Origin: Mobula hypostoma
Lineage: Eukaryota
DNA length: 64,000 nucleotides
Assembly (NCBI RefSeq): GCF_963921235.1
Contig: NC_086102.1
Location: forward strand, 17,856,001 to 17,920,000
Direction: 5' to 3'
Shown: piece after piece, positions 14,400-26,600 of the stretch
Layout of the letters: every line of letters starts with the position of its first letter
Position numbering within the stretch: position 1 is the stretch's first letter
Program-made: the position numbers and the translations under genes
Notes under the pieces: model-generated
Database searches by the model: none
Told to the model about the DNA's origin: nothing
The model's input: the letters and a program-made list of their open reading frames with translations, nothing else

Positions 14400-14479
14400 T
14401 TTATTGAATATTTTAAGTAAATAGATTTGAGTACACAAGTTGCATTGCAATTACAGGTAAAAAAGTATACAATTTTATT
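14400..14479 (-). terminator. Candidate distal poly(A) signals of the long SLC5A3 3'UTR
   Basis: AATAAA on the minus strand at 14405-14400 and 14479-14474, followed by U/GU-rich sequence. Mammalian SLC5A3 has a multi-kb 3'UTR. Other AATAAA hexamers exist (e.g. 18450-18455), so the assignment is tentative. Confidence 0.35.
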
Positions 14480-15326
14480 ATTGAGTACGCTGGTTGATTT
14501 ATATAAGAGTTACATAACAATCATAGGTACTAATAGATATACAAAATGATTAACCAAAGTTAAATAATTTTCTTCCATATTCCAGAATAAAATGACATCA
14601 CTTCATCCAACTGTTATTTTTTTAAATTGTCTGTTCTGTCTCCTCTAGTAGAAAATACTCCCACCACCTGCTGATGCCTTGATAAATCCCATACAAAAAG
14701 AACTTAAAAAGATATATTGATGGTCCACTATTTTCTCTCTCCCTCCAAAATATGTGAAAAGATCATGTGGGGATACACTATTAAAATAGCTGAACAAAAA
14801 TTTATCTTTAAGCATCAGTCCATTCAAACTGCTAACTCTCCTGACTTCAACCTACACTTAGATCCCTCGCCCACATTTTCAGAATATGATCTTAACTGAG
14901 ATTCCTTCATAGACTTTCTTTACAAAATCTTCACTTAATAAAATCTTACGATTCATGGGACATTAACAAATCATTCAGCATAAATTGAGATGGACACTAA
15001 CTGTCTTCCCCGATACAAAACTTTGCAATATACTCAAACAAATCCTATTTCCATAAATGCAACTTCTAGCAAAAGCATCAATGCCCACCCAAATACTTCC
15101 TGGCAAATTCACTGAAATGTGTACAGTATTAACGGATGATTTCTTGGCTCTGATCTACCATACTTTAACCTTGATGGGAAATAGCAACAAGTTCTTTCTT
15201 ACAATGCGTGCCAACATGTTACTCATATAGACATTAATGCTCAGATGAAGATCTCTAACAACTATAATAACCTCAAACTGGCTTAAGAGCCTATTTGGGA
15301 GCACAAAGACTTGGTTCATAGTTACA

Positions 15327-15356
15327 TATATACATACACACACACATACACACAAA
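15327..15356. repeat. (TA)n/(CA)n microsatellite
   Basis: atatatacatacacacacacatacacacaaac. Confidence 0.7.
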
Positions 15357-16162
15357 CAGGAAACAAAAGTGTTCCCAAAATATGTTAAACGTGTACTAGT
15401 TTAATTTACAGTATATGAAAACTGCAAATAAAGTGACATTAATCTTCTACCTAAAATAATGGGGATTGATAGTAAGTTGGGAAAACTCACTCCAATGTTT
15501 CAAATACTTCAAATCACTTCAAGATTCAAAATAGAAAGCCTTATCTAGGAGTATGGTTTCTATTTGTTAAGTGCAGGTTTAATATCATAAATTACCTTCA
15601 AAGTCAAGCTTTAAAGATGGCTTGTTTAACACATTCAAAATAGATTACATATCTAAAGTTTGTGTCAGTGCAAAAGTGAAGTGAATAAATTTGTTAACTA
15701 CTTCCAGGGAGAGAGAGTATTACCAAGTCAATATCTTTCTAGTCAGCAAAATGTTGAATACTATAATGGTCATACATAACACTACCAAATTTAAATCTCA
15801 GAAGCCGTTTCTTTGAGATGTTTTTAGCAAGATGTGAAAATAAATTGGTTATTATTAAAGACTCATTATTAAATCTGGGTTACCAAAATGTTCAAATGTT
15901 CCATCTTTTCTTTTCTCCCACTATATTCTTTTAATAAGGTCAGGCTTCAAGTTTAAATTGAGTGGGTTTGGGTAATTCTCTTCCTACACTGAGCCAGGAT
16001 ATCTGCTGTATTCTTGGTGTCACAGTTGAAAACTACTTTGGGAGTTCAGGAGACCAACAGAATGGATCTGCCACTACCATCGAGCTGCAGGTATCTTTTG
16101 CCACCTGGGAACTTGATCCATGCTGCATTTCAGAGTTGTGAAATGGCCAGATTACAAACAGT

Positions 16163-16619
16163 TGAGAAACTCAGTAACAGAGAAAGGTTGAATAGGTTAG
16201 GACTTTATTCCCTGGAGTGTAGAAGAATGAGGGGAGATTTGATAGAGGTATATAAAATTATGATGGGTATAGATAGAGTGAATGCAAGCAGACTTTTTCC
16301 ACTGAGGCAAGGGGAGAAAAAAACCAGAGGACATGGGTTAAGGGTGAGGGGGGAAAAGTTTAAAGGGAACATTAGGGGGGGCTTCTTCACACAGAGAGTG
16401 GTGGGAGTATGGAATGAGTTGCCAGACGAGGTGGTAAATGCGGGTTCTTTTTTAACATTTAAGAATAAATTGGACAGATACATGGATGGGAGGTGTATGG
16501 AGGGATATGGTCCATGTGCAGGTCAGTGGGACTAGGCAGAAAATGGTTCGGCACAGCCAGGAAGGGCCAAAGGGCCTGTTTCTGTGCTGTAGTTTTTCTA
16601 TGGTTTCTATGGTTTTCTA
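16163..16619 (+). mobile_element. Young CR1 LINE 3' fragment, antisense to SLC5A3/MRPS6
   Basis: Open frame ERLNRLGLYSLECRRMRGDLIEVYKIM...TRGHGL...FFTQRVVGVWNELP; (TTTCTATGG)n tail. Confidence 0.93.
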
Positions 16620-17329
16620 GTTCACAGGAATGGAATCCTGCTGTCATCTGGTGAGGACATGTCGAATAATCCCAATTCCAAAAGGAAAACAAAAGCCATT
16701 CTATGTATTCGGTTACTTAACAGCATGAACTTAAGATTCAAGGTGCATAGCCCCTCTTCAGTGTTCCACCCACTCAAAGACCACAGACCTCCAGCATCAG
16801 GAGCATCTTCTCTGTGACAATGGCCAAAGAAATGGCAAGTATACTCAGGGACCGTCAACATAAGGAAATGCAATCAGTCATAAGGAGCAAAAGGTAGTGT
16901 AAGTTTTATACAAGTTTTGCTACTGCAAGTTTCTTAAAAATTTTTTTTAAACTGTTTTGCTCAATTCAATTTCCTGAAAACTACTGATCTATTTCAAGAA
17001 TATATTTATTTGTTATGTTTCAATCATTTCACCCAATTTACATTTTTTTTAATTTTGTGCTCCCTGTGGTTCTCCTTGAATCAAAGTATCAACACAAATT
17101 TGCAGTTAGTCTTTGTCACCAGATAAAAGATGCTGAAATGCAATTACAACCATGACAACATTCAATGGCCAGGCATCCATTTGCATTTTGACAGCAGTTC
17201 CATAGAGAACTTTTAGCAAAGTGGCCTTTCACAGGTCAATGATTGCTGACTTCTGTGCCTGCAGAGTGAATGCAGAAGTTGAAAACCAGATCCAGGAAGA
17301 CAACATTTTTGGCCCTAGTTCCGAAGCTA

Positions 17330-17587
17330 AACTCTGAATATAAAGTACTGCGACATGACACAAAACATGGGGATAAAACTCAAAATTATGTCAGCTATTT
17401 GACCCGTTTTGACGTTTGACAGTAAAAACACCCTAAATGTAAGCTGAAATTTGATGAGTTTTCCTAAAGTGACCCAAAATGCGCAAAAATGGAAAAAATT
17501 CTGCTTAAAAAAAATGGCACTTAGGGTGTTTTTACTGTCAAACGTCAAAACTAGTCAAATTTGACCCGAATAGTATGTAAGGGTTAA
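17330..17587. mobile_element. piggyBac-like non-autonomous element remnant with internal 40-bp inverted repeat
   Basis: Right end ...gtcaaatttgacccgaatagtatgtaaGGG-TTAA (CCC terminus plus TTAA target). Inverted repeat 17397-17436 / 17521-17560 is 38/40 identical. No left terminus is evident. Confidence 0.6.
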
Positions 17588-20500
17588 GGTGCCATTTTAA
17601 CATGTTTAATTAATATCACTGGCAGTTTATTTTTAAACAGATTAAATACAGTTAAATTTTTTTAACTGCCTTTGATCGAAGACCTGTTGACATCAGTTAG
17701 GTGGCATCCCAGGGCCTTCAGGACAATCTGGGAACAGGGCATCTGAAACCACTGTCTGAGGCCAAGTCATGGCAAAGAGGTCCAAAAAGATAATTTTAGT
17801 AACCCAGTGGTTCATTTAAGTGTGGCCTTGGAAATAACAGAGGAGAAAACTGCAAGGAGCAAGCGGAATTGTAATGACTCTTCACAATTACCTATTAGTC
17901 AATGAGTGCTTTAAATATTCTGTGGTGAACAAAATGAAGACTCATATATGGTACTGATTATTTGAGGAAGGCTAGTACACTACATTTATAATTTATGAAA
18001 ATCATATTTAGAATCCAAAAATGAGAAAATAGAGCAAACCAAACAAGAAATGCAGCCAAAGACGACTAAATTACCAATTTTCAGTGAACCTAACATTATT
18101 ACATTATTTTAATCACAGAATGTTAATATTAAAACTCAGGTGAATCAATTAATTAACATTCATTCATGTTGGGTAATTTGGTCAGAAGTCCAACTTTTAT
18201 CCTTTATTATACCTATAGTTATATTTTTTTAATATATCTTTGTGGAACTAGAGATACAAGCCTCAGTAACTCAATCAAGTTCAAGTAGCATTCTACAAGT
18301 CATCTTTGAGCTCATATAGTTCATTTATACTCATGGGAGTTACTATGACAAGTAACAATAGAGTTACTAATAATGCCCAAACAATGCCAAATGCTGCTAA
18401 CAACTTAAGTATTTAAAACATTATGATCAATACACTTCGAAATAAAGCTTTTATTACAAATGTCAAGTTAAAAAAACATGATTATTGATCTAATAACAAA
18501 TTCTTGAATTTACACTGAGCATAAAGATTCAATTTTAAAAGTCGAAGTCTTAATTTTAAATCAAGGTACAAATTCTCCTGGCGTGTATTTTCAACTTTTT
18601 TTTTATTTATGTATTTGAATTGCTGTAAGTGGTCAACACCTTTTCAGGCACTTGGACAAATGATTATTTGTACTTTGCAAAGGTGATCTGCTGGTTATGT
18701 AGTTACACAAGCAAATATACTGCCTTGCATAAAAATAGGAATGTCAGTCTGGACAGGACACAATGGTACATATATACATTATACATATTACATAATAAAT
18801 ATATATAACATATATATGAGCTGTCATCTGCTGGTGATAGGATAAATACCTTGAATAGTGAGAATGTTATTTTGCAAGTGCTCATTAATGCACATCCTAT
18901 TTATATACTCTCCCATAAAGACAAATAGTACTTGCACAGCAATTTAAATTGTTAAATCTTTTTCTTCTTTTCCATATTAAAAAATGAAATCACACATTTT
19001 TAATACAATATATAAATTATAACTTACTCTTGATATTCATTTTCTTTGGCTGAAATCTAACTCATTTGAATCGAGAAAACTAAGTTAACTAACTTATAAG
19101 CTCAGTTAAAAGATTCAGCATCTGTGGTCTGTACTTTAGCTTATGTTTTAATAAAATACATTAATATTTCAAAATATAAAAGTGTTTAAAAAGAAACTAG
19201 TTGACAGTAATGACAAATGGAGAGATATCTACAAAAGGTATTAGGATACAAGGAAAAGAAACGAAACTCCAATATAAAGATCCCATACTTCTGAGACTAA
19301 TAGATTATCCCCCTCACATATTCTTCTAACTCCAAACTCCAATCACTCCTGCTCTATAGACTTAATCATCACAAATAAGATTGGGAGGTCACAAGTGCGG
19401 ATGTTACCCAACCAAAGAATATGTTTCCTAGTTATCACAACCTAGCTCCTGCATCTTAGCAAAGATGAGAATTTACTTGTCATAAACATATAAAATTATA
19501 ACCGAGTCCAGTTAAAGCAGTTAACACTTTCAATATTAAAGCATCAATACTTTTTGATTAGGTTAAAAAAGATTTTTTTTTTAACAAAAGGACACTTTTT
19601 AAAACCTAGATCATCCATAATAAAAGTTACAGTATACAATGATAGCTATACAAAGAGACACTGATCCTTTTGTTGGCCTACACGAAATGTATTTGCATAA
19701 GGGTGTTACCTTTAAAGTTGTGAAATAAATCCCTTGGAGTGCAGCATCTGTTATGCAACTAAACTATTAAACAAATCTTTAAACATCAACCTCCATACCT
19801 CAAATAAGGAAGATCAACAGGCTCAACGGTGTCCTATAAAATTCACTTACTCCTGTCGTGGAAGATGTTCCACACAGTACAACAGCTTCATGTGGAGCGG
19901 GGAAGGAAATATGGAAAAAGTCAAAGCTGAACATATTTTTGCAGCAGACTTACAGGCTCTGCGGCAGAAATCCATTACAAGATGGGTGCCTAAGTATATA
20001 TGTGAAATGGTGAGGGAAGAGGAGAAATGGAGAAGGGGGAAATGTAATGAATTTAAGAACTCTACATGTCATTACACTATAATTAAACTTAGTAAGTATT
20101 TTACAGGCCACTAAAATTGCTTTTATTTTTGGGGCTACTTTTAACTATGCTCATAAAATGGACTTTATTGGAATTTCCATACATTGTTGTTTTAGGGCAT
20201 AAAATAATTATTAAATAGCAATTGATTTAAAGTAAATCCTGTCATATCTTATTTGTATTAAATTTGAAATAAATATTTTAAAGGGTATTAAATTATCTAT
20301 CCACAAAAGTCAGATGATGCTCTACAAATCCCAAGTTAAATTGGCCGCAGACTTAATTTCAAGGTCCCAACCACAATTTTCCTCCAAAAGATAATGACTC
20401 ACTGTTTCACACAATGGATCTCTCCATTTCTGGTACCTAGTAAGATGTCACTGTGATCCTTGACAGCAACTATCATAAAAGGTATTTGTTAAATGTAACC

Positions 20501-20810
20501 AAAGCCACAAATGAATTCTCCACTAGTTCTCTCTTAAAACCCCATTTCCTGTAAGAGTTGCTAAATAGCAGGTTAGAAGATGAAACACTAATTTCCCAAC
20601 TTAATACAAAAAGGAACAGGACTAATTTGACTGCCTCAGACTTATTTCAACCAAATTTAGACTGGGCACATACAATTTCATTTTATAACTTACTTTCATT
20701 ACCACCCCTAATGATTTAAAAGCAAGCAAAAAATTATCTATCCAGGCCAACAAAAGGAATGTAGAAATCTTTAAAATGAAACTGCATTCACTTAAACCTT
20801 TAGATTGATT

Positions 20811-22943
20811 TTACAAAGAAAAATAAATGAACATACTTATTCCAGAAGATAATACAACTAAAAGTCCAATATTTAACAGTAACTTAATCCTTGGGCTCTC
20901 CTGTAACATTTCTAAGCAAATATGTTCCTCTTCTATGATATTTTTTGCTACTGGACTTGTCACGTCATAATTTTTTAATCCACAAATGCAGTCAAAAAAT
21001 TTCCACCATTTGCTTCTTTCCAGTTGAGGTTCTTCATTGGTCTGGTGGGCCACAGTTGTTTGACTATTTAAATATCCATCACTTGGTGTCAGTCCTTCAA
21101 TGCTGGATGGGGAGCACAAAGACTTGGATTCATCACTTCCAGGCATTAAAAGAACTAATTCAATCCCATCGGTATCTTTGCGATTACAGTCAGACTTATC
21201 CACACATATGGTACTACCATTGCTTTCAGACACAGTTCGACTTGCTAGTTTAGCTGATTCTTCTGGCTGGGCCCTTTTTATGTTGTTCAAGTCTTTTAAT
21301 GCCCAGATTGTGGTGTTTCGAGTATATTCTCTTGGAAGAGCAGGTGTCAGCAGACTCACTGTGACTGCTGTAATGGTGGTGGTCCAAAACAGAGCCATTG
21401 CCACATACATGTAATGAATATTTCTAATAAAATTTGGTCTGGTGTCAGGCTGATCACAGTCTGGTTCTTGATAGACAAAGGCAAGAATCAAGCGAATTAT
21501 TCCCAGAATTGATCCAACCAATCCTCCATAGAAAGCCCCTTGTTCATTGCAGCGCTTCCACAAAATACCAAGTAGGAACACAGCTGCCACGGGTGGGATC
21601 AGATAATCTGCTACCTCTTGGATATAGAGATACATCTGTCCTCCTTGCATCTCTACAATTATAGGAACCCAGGCAATGCTCGTGCCGACCATGAAGATAA
21701 CAAATAGACGACCCACCACCATAAGTTCTCGAGAACTGGCAGCCTTTCGAATGTGCTTGTAGACATCAAGGGTGAAAATTGTGCTGGCACTATTGAATAT
21801 AGAATCCAAATCACTCATTAAAGCTGCTATCATGACTGCCATCATTAAACCACGAAGGCCTGCAGGTAAGATTCCCAACACTAGGCGTGGGTATGCAATG
21901 TTTGAGCAACCTGCACTGCTGCCACATACTTGCATGCAGTGCTCCGGATTAATGCAAACGATTTCATCAGTAAAGAGAATTCTGGAAATCATCCCTGGAA
22001 TGACTATGATAAACATGGGCAAGAGTTTCAGAAAACCAGCCATCAGAGTGGCTCCTTTGGCATGAGCGATGTTCTTTGCTGCCAAGACACGCTGCACAAT
22101 GACTTGATCAGCACACCAATACCAAGCAGAGGCAGGTGTTTGACCCAACAGGAAACCAGGCCAAGGAACATCCTCATCAGTTGGTTCACGTAGCATCTTT
22201 AGAGAATCCTCTTTAGGGTGGATATGGCAAGTGTTAGTCGAACTTAGATTGAAAGTAGTAACAATTGCAGTAACATTTGGAGAGGCAAGCATGTATCTTC
22301 GTTTCAGTTCATCCAGGCCTCCTACTTTGACCATGCCGACAACCATCAATGTTAAAGCTCCACCAATCATAAGAACGGCCTGCAGGGCATCTGTGTAGAT
22401 GACGGCCACAAGTCCTCCTGTGACAGTTAACACTGCTGTCAACCCAATCAAAATGATGATAGAGAGATACAGGTCCCAGCCCAGTGACACACGGATGAAG
22501 AGTGCACCAGCATACAAGTCCACGGATAGCTTGGTGAAAACATACAGTATTAAAAACAACAAAGCAAAATACATCTTTAGTCTGCTACCACCATAACGTT
22601 TGGAAAGATACTGTGGCATAGTATACACACCAGATCTAAAATAGACTGGGATGAAGACCCAACCTAATACTTGTAAAAGTAACACTGCGTTGAACTCCCA
22701 AGCTCCCACTGCAAATCCACTGGCAGCTCCAGATCCTGCTAAACCAATAAAGTGCTCACTGCCAATATTGCTCACAAACAATGAAGCACCCATTGCCACC
22801 CAGGTCATGGAGCGTCCTGCAAGAAAGTACCCACTCACGGTACTTCTGTTGGATTTCCACATCGCAAAAAAACCAATGCACAATACAAGAACAAAATAAA
22901 ATCCCACAACAGCCAAGTCAGCTGTTTCCATAAAGCCAAACAT
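20811..22943 (-). CDS. SLC5A3: Sodium/myo-inositol cotransporter 1 (SMIT1), intronless 710-aa CDS
   Basis: Uninterrupted ORF with SSS-family motifs (GYFLAGRSMTW, SNIGSEHFIGLAGSGAASG, WYWCADQVIVQRVLAAKN, GLRGLMMAVMIAALMSDLDSIFNSASTIFTLD) and SMIT1-typical segments (WKSNRSTVSGYFLAG, QGGQMYLYIQEVADYL, C-terminal FIYFSL). An intronless CDS next to MRPS6 exon 1 is characteristic of SLC5A3. Confidence 0.98.
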   Translation of the reverse strand: MFGFMETADLAVVGFYFVLVLCIGFFAMWKSNRSTVSGYFLAGRSMTWVAMGASLFVSNIGSEHFIGLAGSGAASGFAVGAWEFNAVLLLQVLGWVFIPVYFRSGVYTMPQYLSKRYGGSRLKMYFALLFLILYVFTKLSVDLYAGALFIRVSLGWDLYLSIIILIGLTAVLTVTGGLVAVIYTDALQAVLMIGGALTLMVVGMVKVGGLDELKRRYMLASPNVTAIVTTFNLSSTNTCHIHPKEDSLKMLREPTDEDVPWPGFLLGQTPASAWYWCADQVIVQRVLAAKNIAHAKGATLMAGFLKLLPMFIIVIPGMISRILFTDEIVCINPEHCMQVCGSSAGCSNIAYPRLVLGILPAGLRGLMMAVMIAALMSDLDSIFNSASTIFTLDVYKHIRKAASSRELMVVGRLFVIFMVGTSIAWVPIIVEMQGGQMYLYIQEVADYLIPPVAAVFLLGILWKRCNEQGAFYGGLVGSILGIIRLILAFVYQEPDCDQPDTRPNFIRNIHYMYVAMALFWTTTITAVTVSLLTPALPREYTRNTTIWALKDLNNIKRAQPEESAKLASRTVSESNGSTICVDKSDCNRKDTDGIELVLLMPGSDESKSLCSPSSIEGLTPSDGYLNSQTTVAHQTNEEPQLERSKWWKFFDCICGLKNYDVTSPVAKNIIEEEHICLEMLQESPRIKLLLNIGLLVVLSSGISMFIYFSL

Positions 22944-23257
22944 TTTTATAATGGTTTGGATTCAATTGTATACAGAATAGAATGCCAGACAACGGTCAGG
23001 TACGTTATGGTCACTAATGAAATACAAAAAAAAAGGAGTGGTAAAATGTTTGTCCTTTGGTTTGCTGCCTTGATTGAACCTGCAGGATTCCAGTTGTACA
23101 GGTACTGGGATGCTATTTATTTATCTTGTTAACTTCACTTTTGACTATTTCTCATGCTCTTTTAAGCAGCATTCCACAAGACTGGCACAGCTTAATTTGT
23201 TGGTGTTGAAATTCTTAGCTGTTGCTGAGAGGTCTAGTAAGGCCTAGAGTTACACTC

Positions 23258-23290
23258 CTGCAAGACAGCAAAGACAAAAGACAAAAAAAA
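23258..23290 (-). other. Putative 3' splice acceptor of the large SLC5A3 exon (exon would start at 23257)
   Basis: Minus strand TTTTTTTTGTCTTTTGTCTTTGCTGTCTTGCAG|GAGTGT: long polypyrimidine tract plus CAG, 314 nt upstream of the SLC5A3 ATG. Confidence 0.7.
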
Positions 23291-25666
23291 TGATATTAGA
23301 ATTGCACTTATTAGGTTCATTTCCGGAAAAAAAACAGAATACATGATGCTAATTTTCTCAATGACTAATGACATATGAAAACAAGAATGCAGAAAATTTG
23401 ATTTCCATTTTAAAATACTTATTGCAGGACTGAAAGACTACAATCAGTAGTACTACTGATCATAGACTTTCTCATAACCACAATCCATTCTCATGTGAAT
23501 AAGGAATGTGAGGCAAACACCCTCAAGTGGCATGAAATGGGCTGGATCTGATAAAAAAACCAAATAACCTTATGGATGTTAGACTTCAAGGATAATTATT
23601 CTTTCATTTTACATGAAACAAACTAAGTGGCACCAATTCCATGCACCCTAAATACCATATGCATGGGTTATTAGGCCACAAGACAAAATATATTTTGTGC
23701 AATTCTTATAGGTATTTCCTTGAGCATGATTGGTGATGACATTTCTGCCACCAAATGTAAAAGAACTTACCAAGTTAGATTTAATGAAAAATTGGGCATT
23801 AACATGCCTGGCAAAAAATACCAGACAACCCAAATTCAAGGCAAAGAAAATGGTTGGTTTTTATGCTCAACGTATTAAAATGTGCAAACTAAATTCAGAT
23901 CACGTGACTTTGGAAATATCTTAATACTTGTTTTATTGGTTACAGTGGAGGAATGAACCACCACCATACACCAAATCTTATAAACACACACAAAGAAAAC
24001 AAATTACAAGATTTCTGACAAAGTCCTTAGAAAGTTGCACCTAATAACCATATTTTGGAATTGAGAGCTATTTGTATTACCCAACTAAAAAGACCATGTT
24101 GTTGTTGATATTGATATTTACTGTGGAGCTTTTCTCCCAAAGCAGTGGAAGTATAAAAATAATATTTTAAGTGTTTTACTGGTAACAGAAGTACATTTGA
24201 AAAACAAATCAGTGATGTCATTCCTGCATTAGAAGTAGAGCGCAATATTCAGTTTTACACTCATTTTTAACAAGGCAAATACAACAACATGGCCTTGGAG
24301 AGGCAAAAAGGATGGAATCTTGTTGCACATTGGAAATATATAATGAATGGTGGGATACGCCATATTCAATCTCTGGCTTCAGAAATTGGCCAAAATAGGG
24401 TGCTACAATTCACCTCAATGCTTTGAGTTGATTTGGAGTAAAAGGTGGAGTTGTTGGGGTGTGTTGGGGCATTGGTACAGGAAAGAGATGGGGATGGAAG
24501 GAATGTGCAGTGCTGGGCTGGATTGGAAAATAATGAACCAAAATGTTCTGTTCCTGATTGTTATTCAATGATCCCAATTTAGAAAGTATACAAACTCAAC
24601 AAGAAGTTGATGATATAAAATCTGAATTTAATTACAACCAAATCATAAATGGCCTTTCAATGCCCAGTATCACATGAACAGTGATCTCTTTCAACAAGAG
24701 TATTAATTCAAGCTTGGATTACTGGACAGCAATCAGGCACCATTTGATTGTCTTTCCTCCTCGCACCATGAAATGACATGGAGGCCAAGTGTACTGCATC
24801 AACCTAACTAGTAGTTCAGATCTGCTAACAGTGATCAAATCTGGAACCTTCCAGTCTGTACAGCTCAGTCACACCTCCACTGTTTCAAGTATCAACTACA
24901 TAAAATGTTGCAAAAAATTATAAATAGGAAAGGACTACATACATTTAAGCATCTTTCAAACTGAATTTAGACAGGCAGCTTGAGAAAGTTTTGTGCTAGT
25001 GTTAATGTAATGGCAACTCCCAAATGATACAAAAAGAAACCTTAAATCATAAAGTGCATTTGTATAAAACTTTACCATAGCAGAATGTTACTAGTAAATG
25101 GTTAGAAGATATATCTACTCACGTATGCAGAAAGGAGAAACCACGGGTTTTCCAAAAGATTTGCACTTCTGAGGTTCACGTAAGGCACATGAATGGGTGC
25201 GGGTATCCTAAACTTACAGCTGCACTGTAAGTACCATTGACAGCAATGCACCTTTAACACAAGTGCTGGAGTAATTGCATTCAAGAGGCTAAATGATCCA
25301 TTGCTACCATCAAATGTAGTGTACATGTCATGGCTCCATTCTACAGTTTTCTACAAAGCTACCAGTCATACCCCTATAGCTACAGAACAATACCATATAT
25401 AAATTATAAATTATACAATGTTAGAACTTCTCCCTCATCACTAGATAAAAATATTCTTAACGTGAATCACCATCAACCATGACAGAATGACTTATAGTCT
25501 AAACTGCATTGAGAGTCATTTCTTATAATACTGTTGTGAAAGTTCTTCAAAACAGTTGTGGCTGCAGCAAAATCAATACTTAACTGCTAAATATATATTC
25601 AGTTCACCATTATGCTTCATGAAAGATTGAGAATCATTTCAGTGGCCATAAGACTTGCTAATCTGT

Positions 25667-25963
25667 TATGTATTTATTTGGCAATACAGCACGGAGTAGG
25701 CCCTTCCAGCCCTAAGCCATGTCTCCCTAGCAACCCCACGACCCCGATTAACCATAACCTAATCACGGGACAATTTACAATAACCAATTAACTAACCCAG
25801 CAAGTCTTTGGACTGTGGGAGGAAACCTGAGCACCCAGGGAAAGCTCACACATGCCAGAGGGAGGACATACAGCAAGTCCTTACAGAACAGCATCAGATT
25901 TGAACTCCAAACTCTGGAAAACCCCAAGCTGTAATAGCGTCACGCCAACCACTATGCTACTGT
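25667..25963 (-). mobile_element. tRNA-derived V-SINE (HE1-like)
   Basis: Minus-strand head with A box TAGCATAGTGG and B box GAGTTCAAAT; central domain read on plus as ctgtgggaggaaacc..gagcaccc...; similar to the copy at 55842. Confidence 0.8.
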
Positions 25964-26600
25964 AACTGTTCATGATATGACTATTTCACAAAAGGAAATG
26001 AACAATTTTAACAAGTTCCAACAGGTCACCAACATTTTGCTGAATGTATCTGGTGTTTTAAAAAAAATATTTAAAATCAGTGCTGAATACTGGGAAATTT
26101 ATTTGATCCTCCATTCCAAATTCAGTTTAAAAACTTAAGTGGAACTTGCCACATTTGAAATGTTTTCTTGCAAACATGTTGGCCTAAATTTAATAATTTG
26201 GAGCAGTGAAGCCATAAGAATTCAATAATATTAAGTAAACTGGACAAATTTGAGCATCCATTCATATATAATATGCAAATTAGAAAGCTGCCATCCAATT
26301 TGGCTGAAACACTCGCAGGCCAAAAGATGTGGCATTTACCAATAAATATGCCCAAATAACAGTTAAGTTCACCCATTCCAATGTATCTGAATTTAATATG
26401 ATTAATTACTGGAAACAAGCTCTAAAAATTACCTTTATAAACATTGGTTTCATTCCTTCAAATTTAATTAGCACTTTATTGAACAAATACATTTCCTTCA
26501 TCCCCACCCTCTTTCCTTATTTCACATTCTATATACGACTTTCCACTAAATTGATCCAAATTGATTTTTTTTTAAATTTCTTTTAATTCAGAAAATATTC

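Noticed and set aside
16014-16535. 173-aa ORF as a chimeric gene
   Set aside because: Chance in-frame extension of a CR1 fragment into flanking DNA from a non-ATG start.
1-20800. Search for MRPS6 exons 2-3
   Set aside because: I could not recognise PETAA.../ENLGER-like coding sequence by eye. They probably lie outside the window; tBLASTn would settle it.
20945-22899. Several plus-strand ORFs of 65-104 aa overlapping SLC5A3
   Set aside because: Antisense shadows of the SLC5A3 coding sequence with no independent coding signal.
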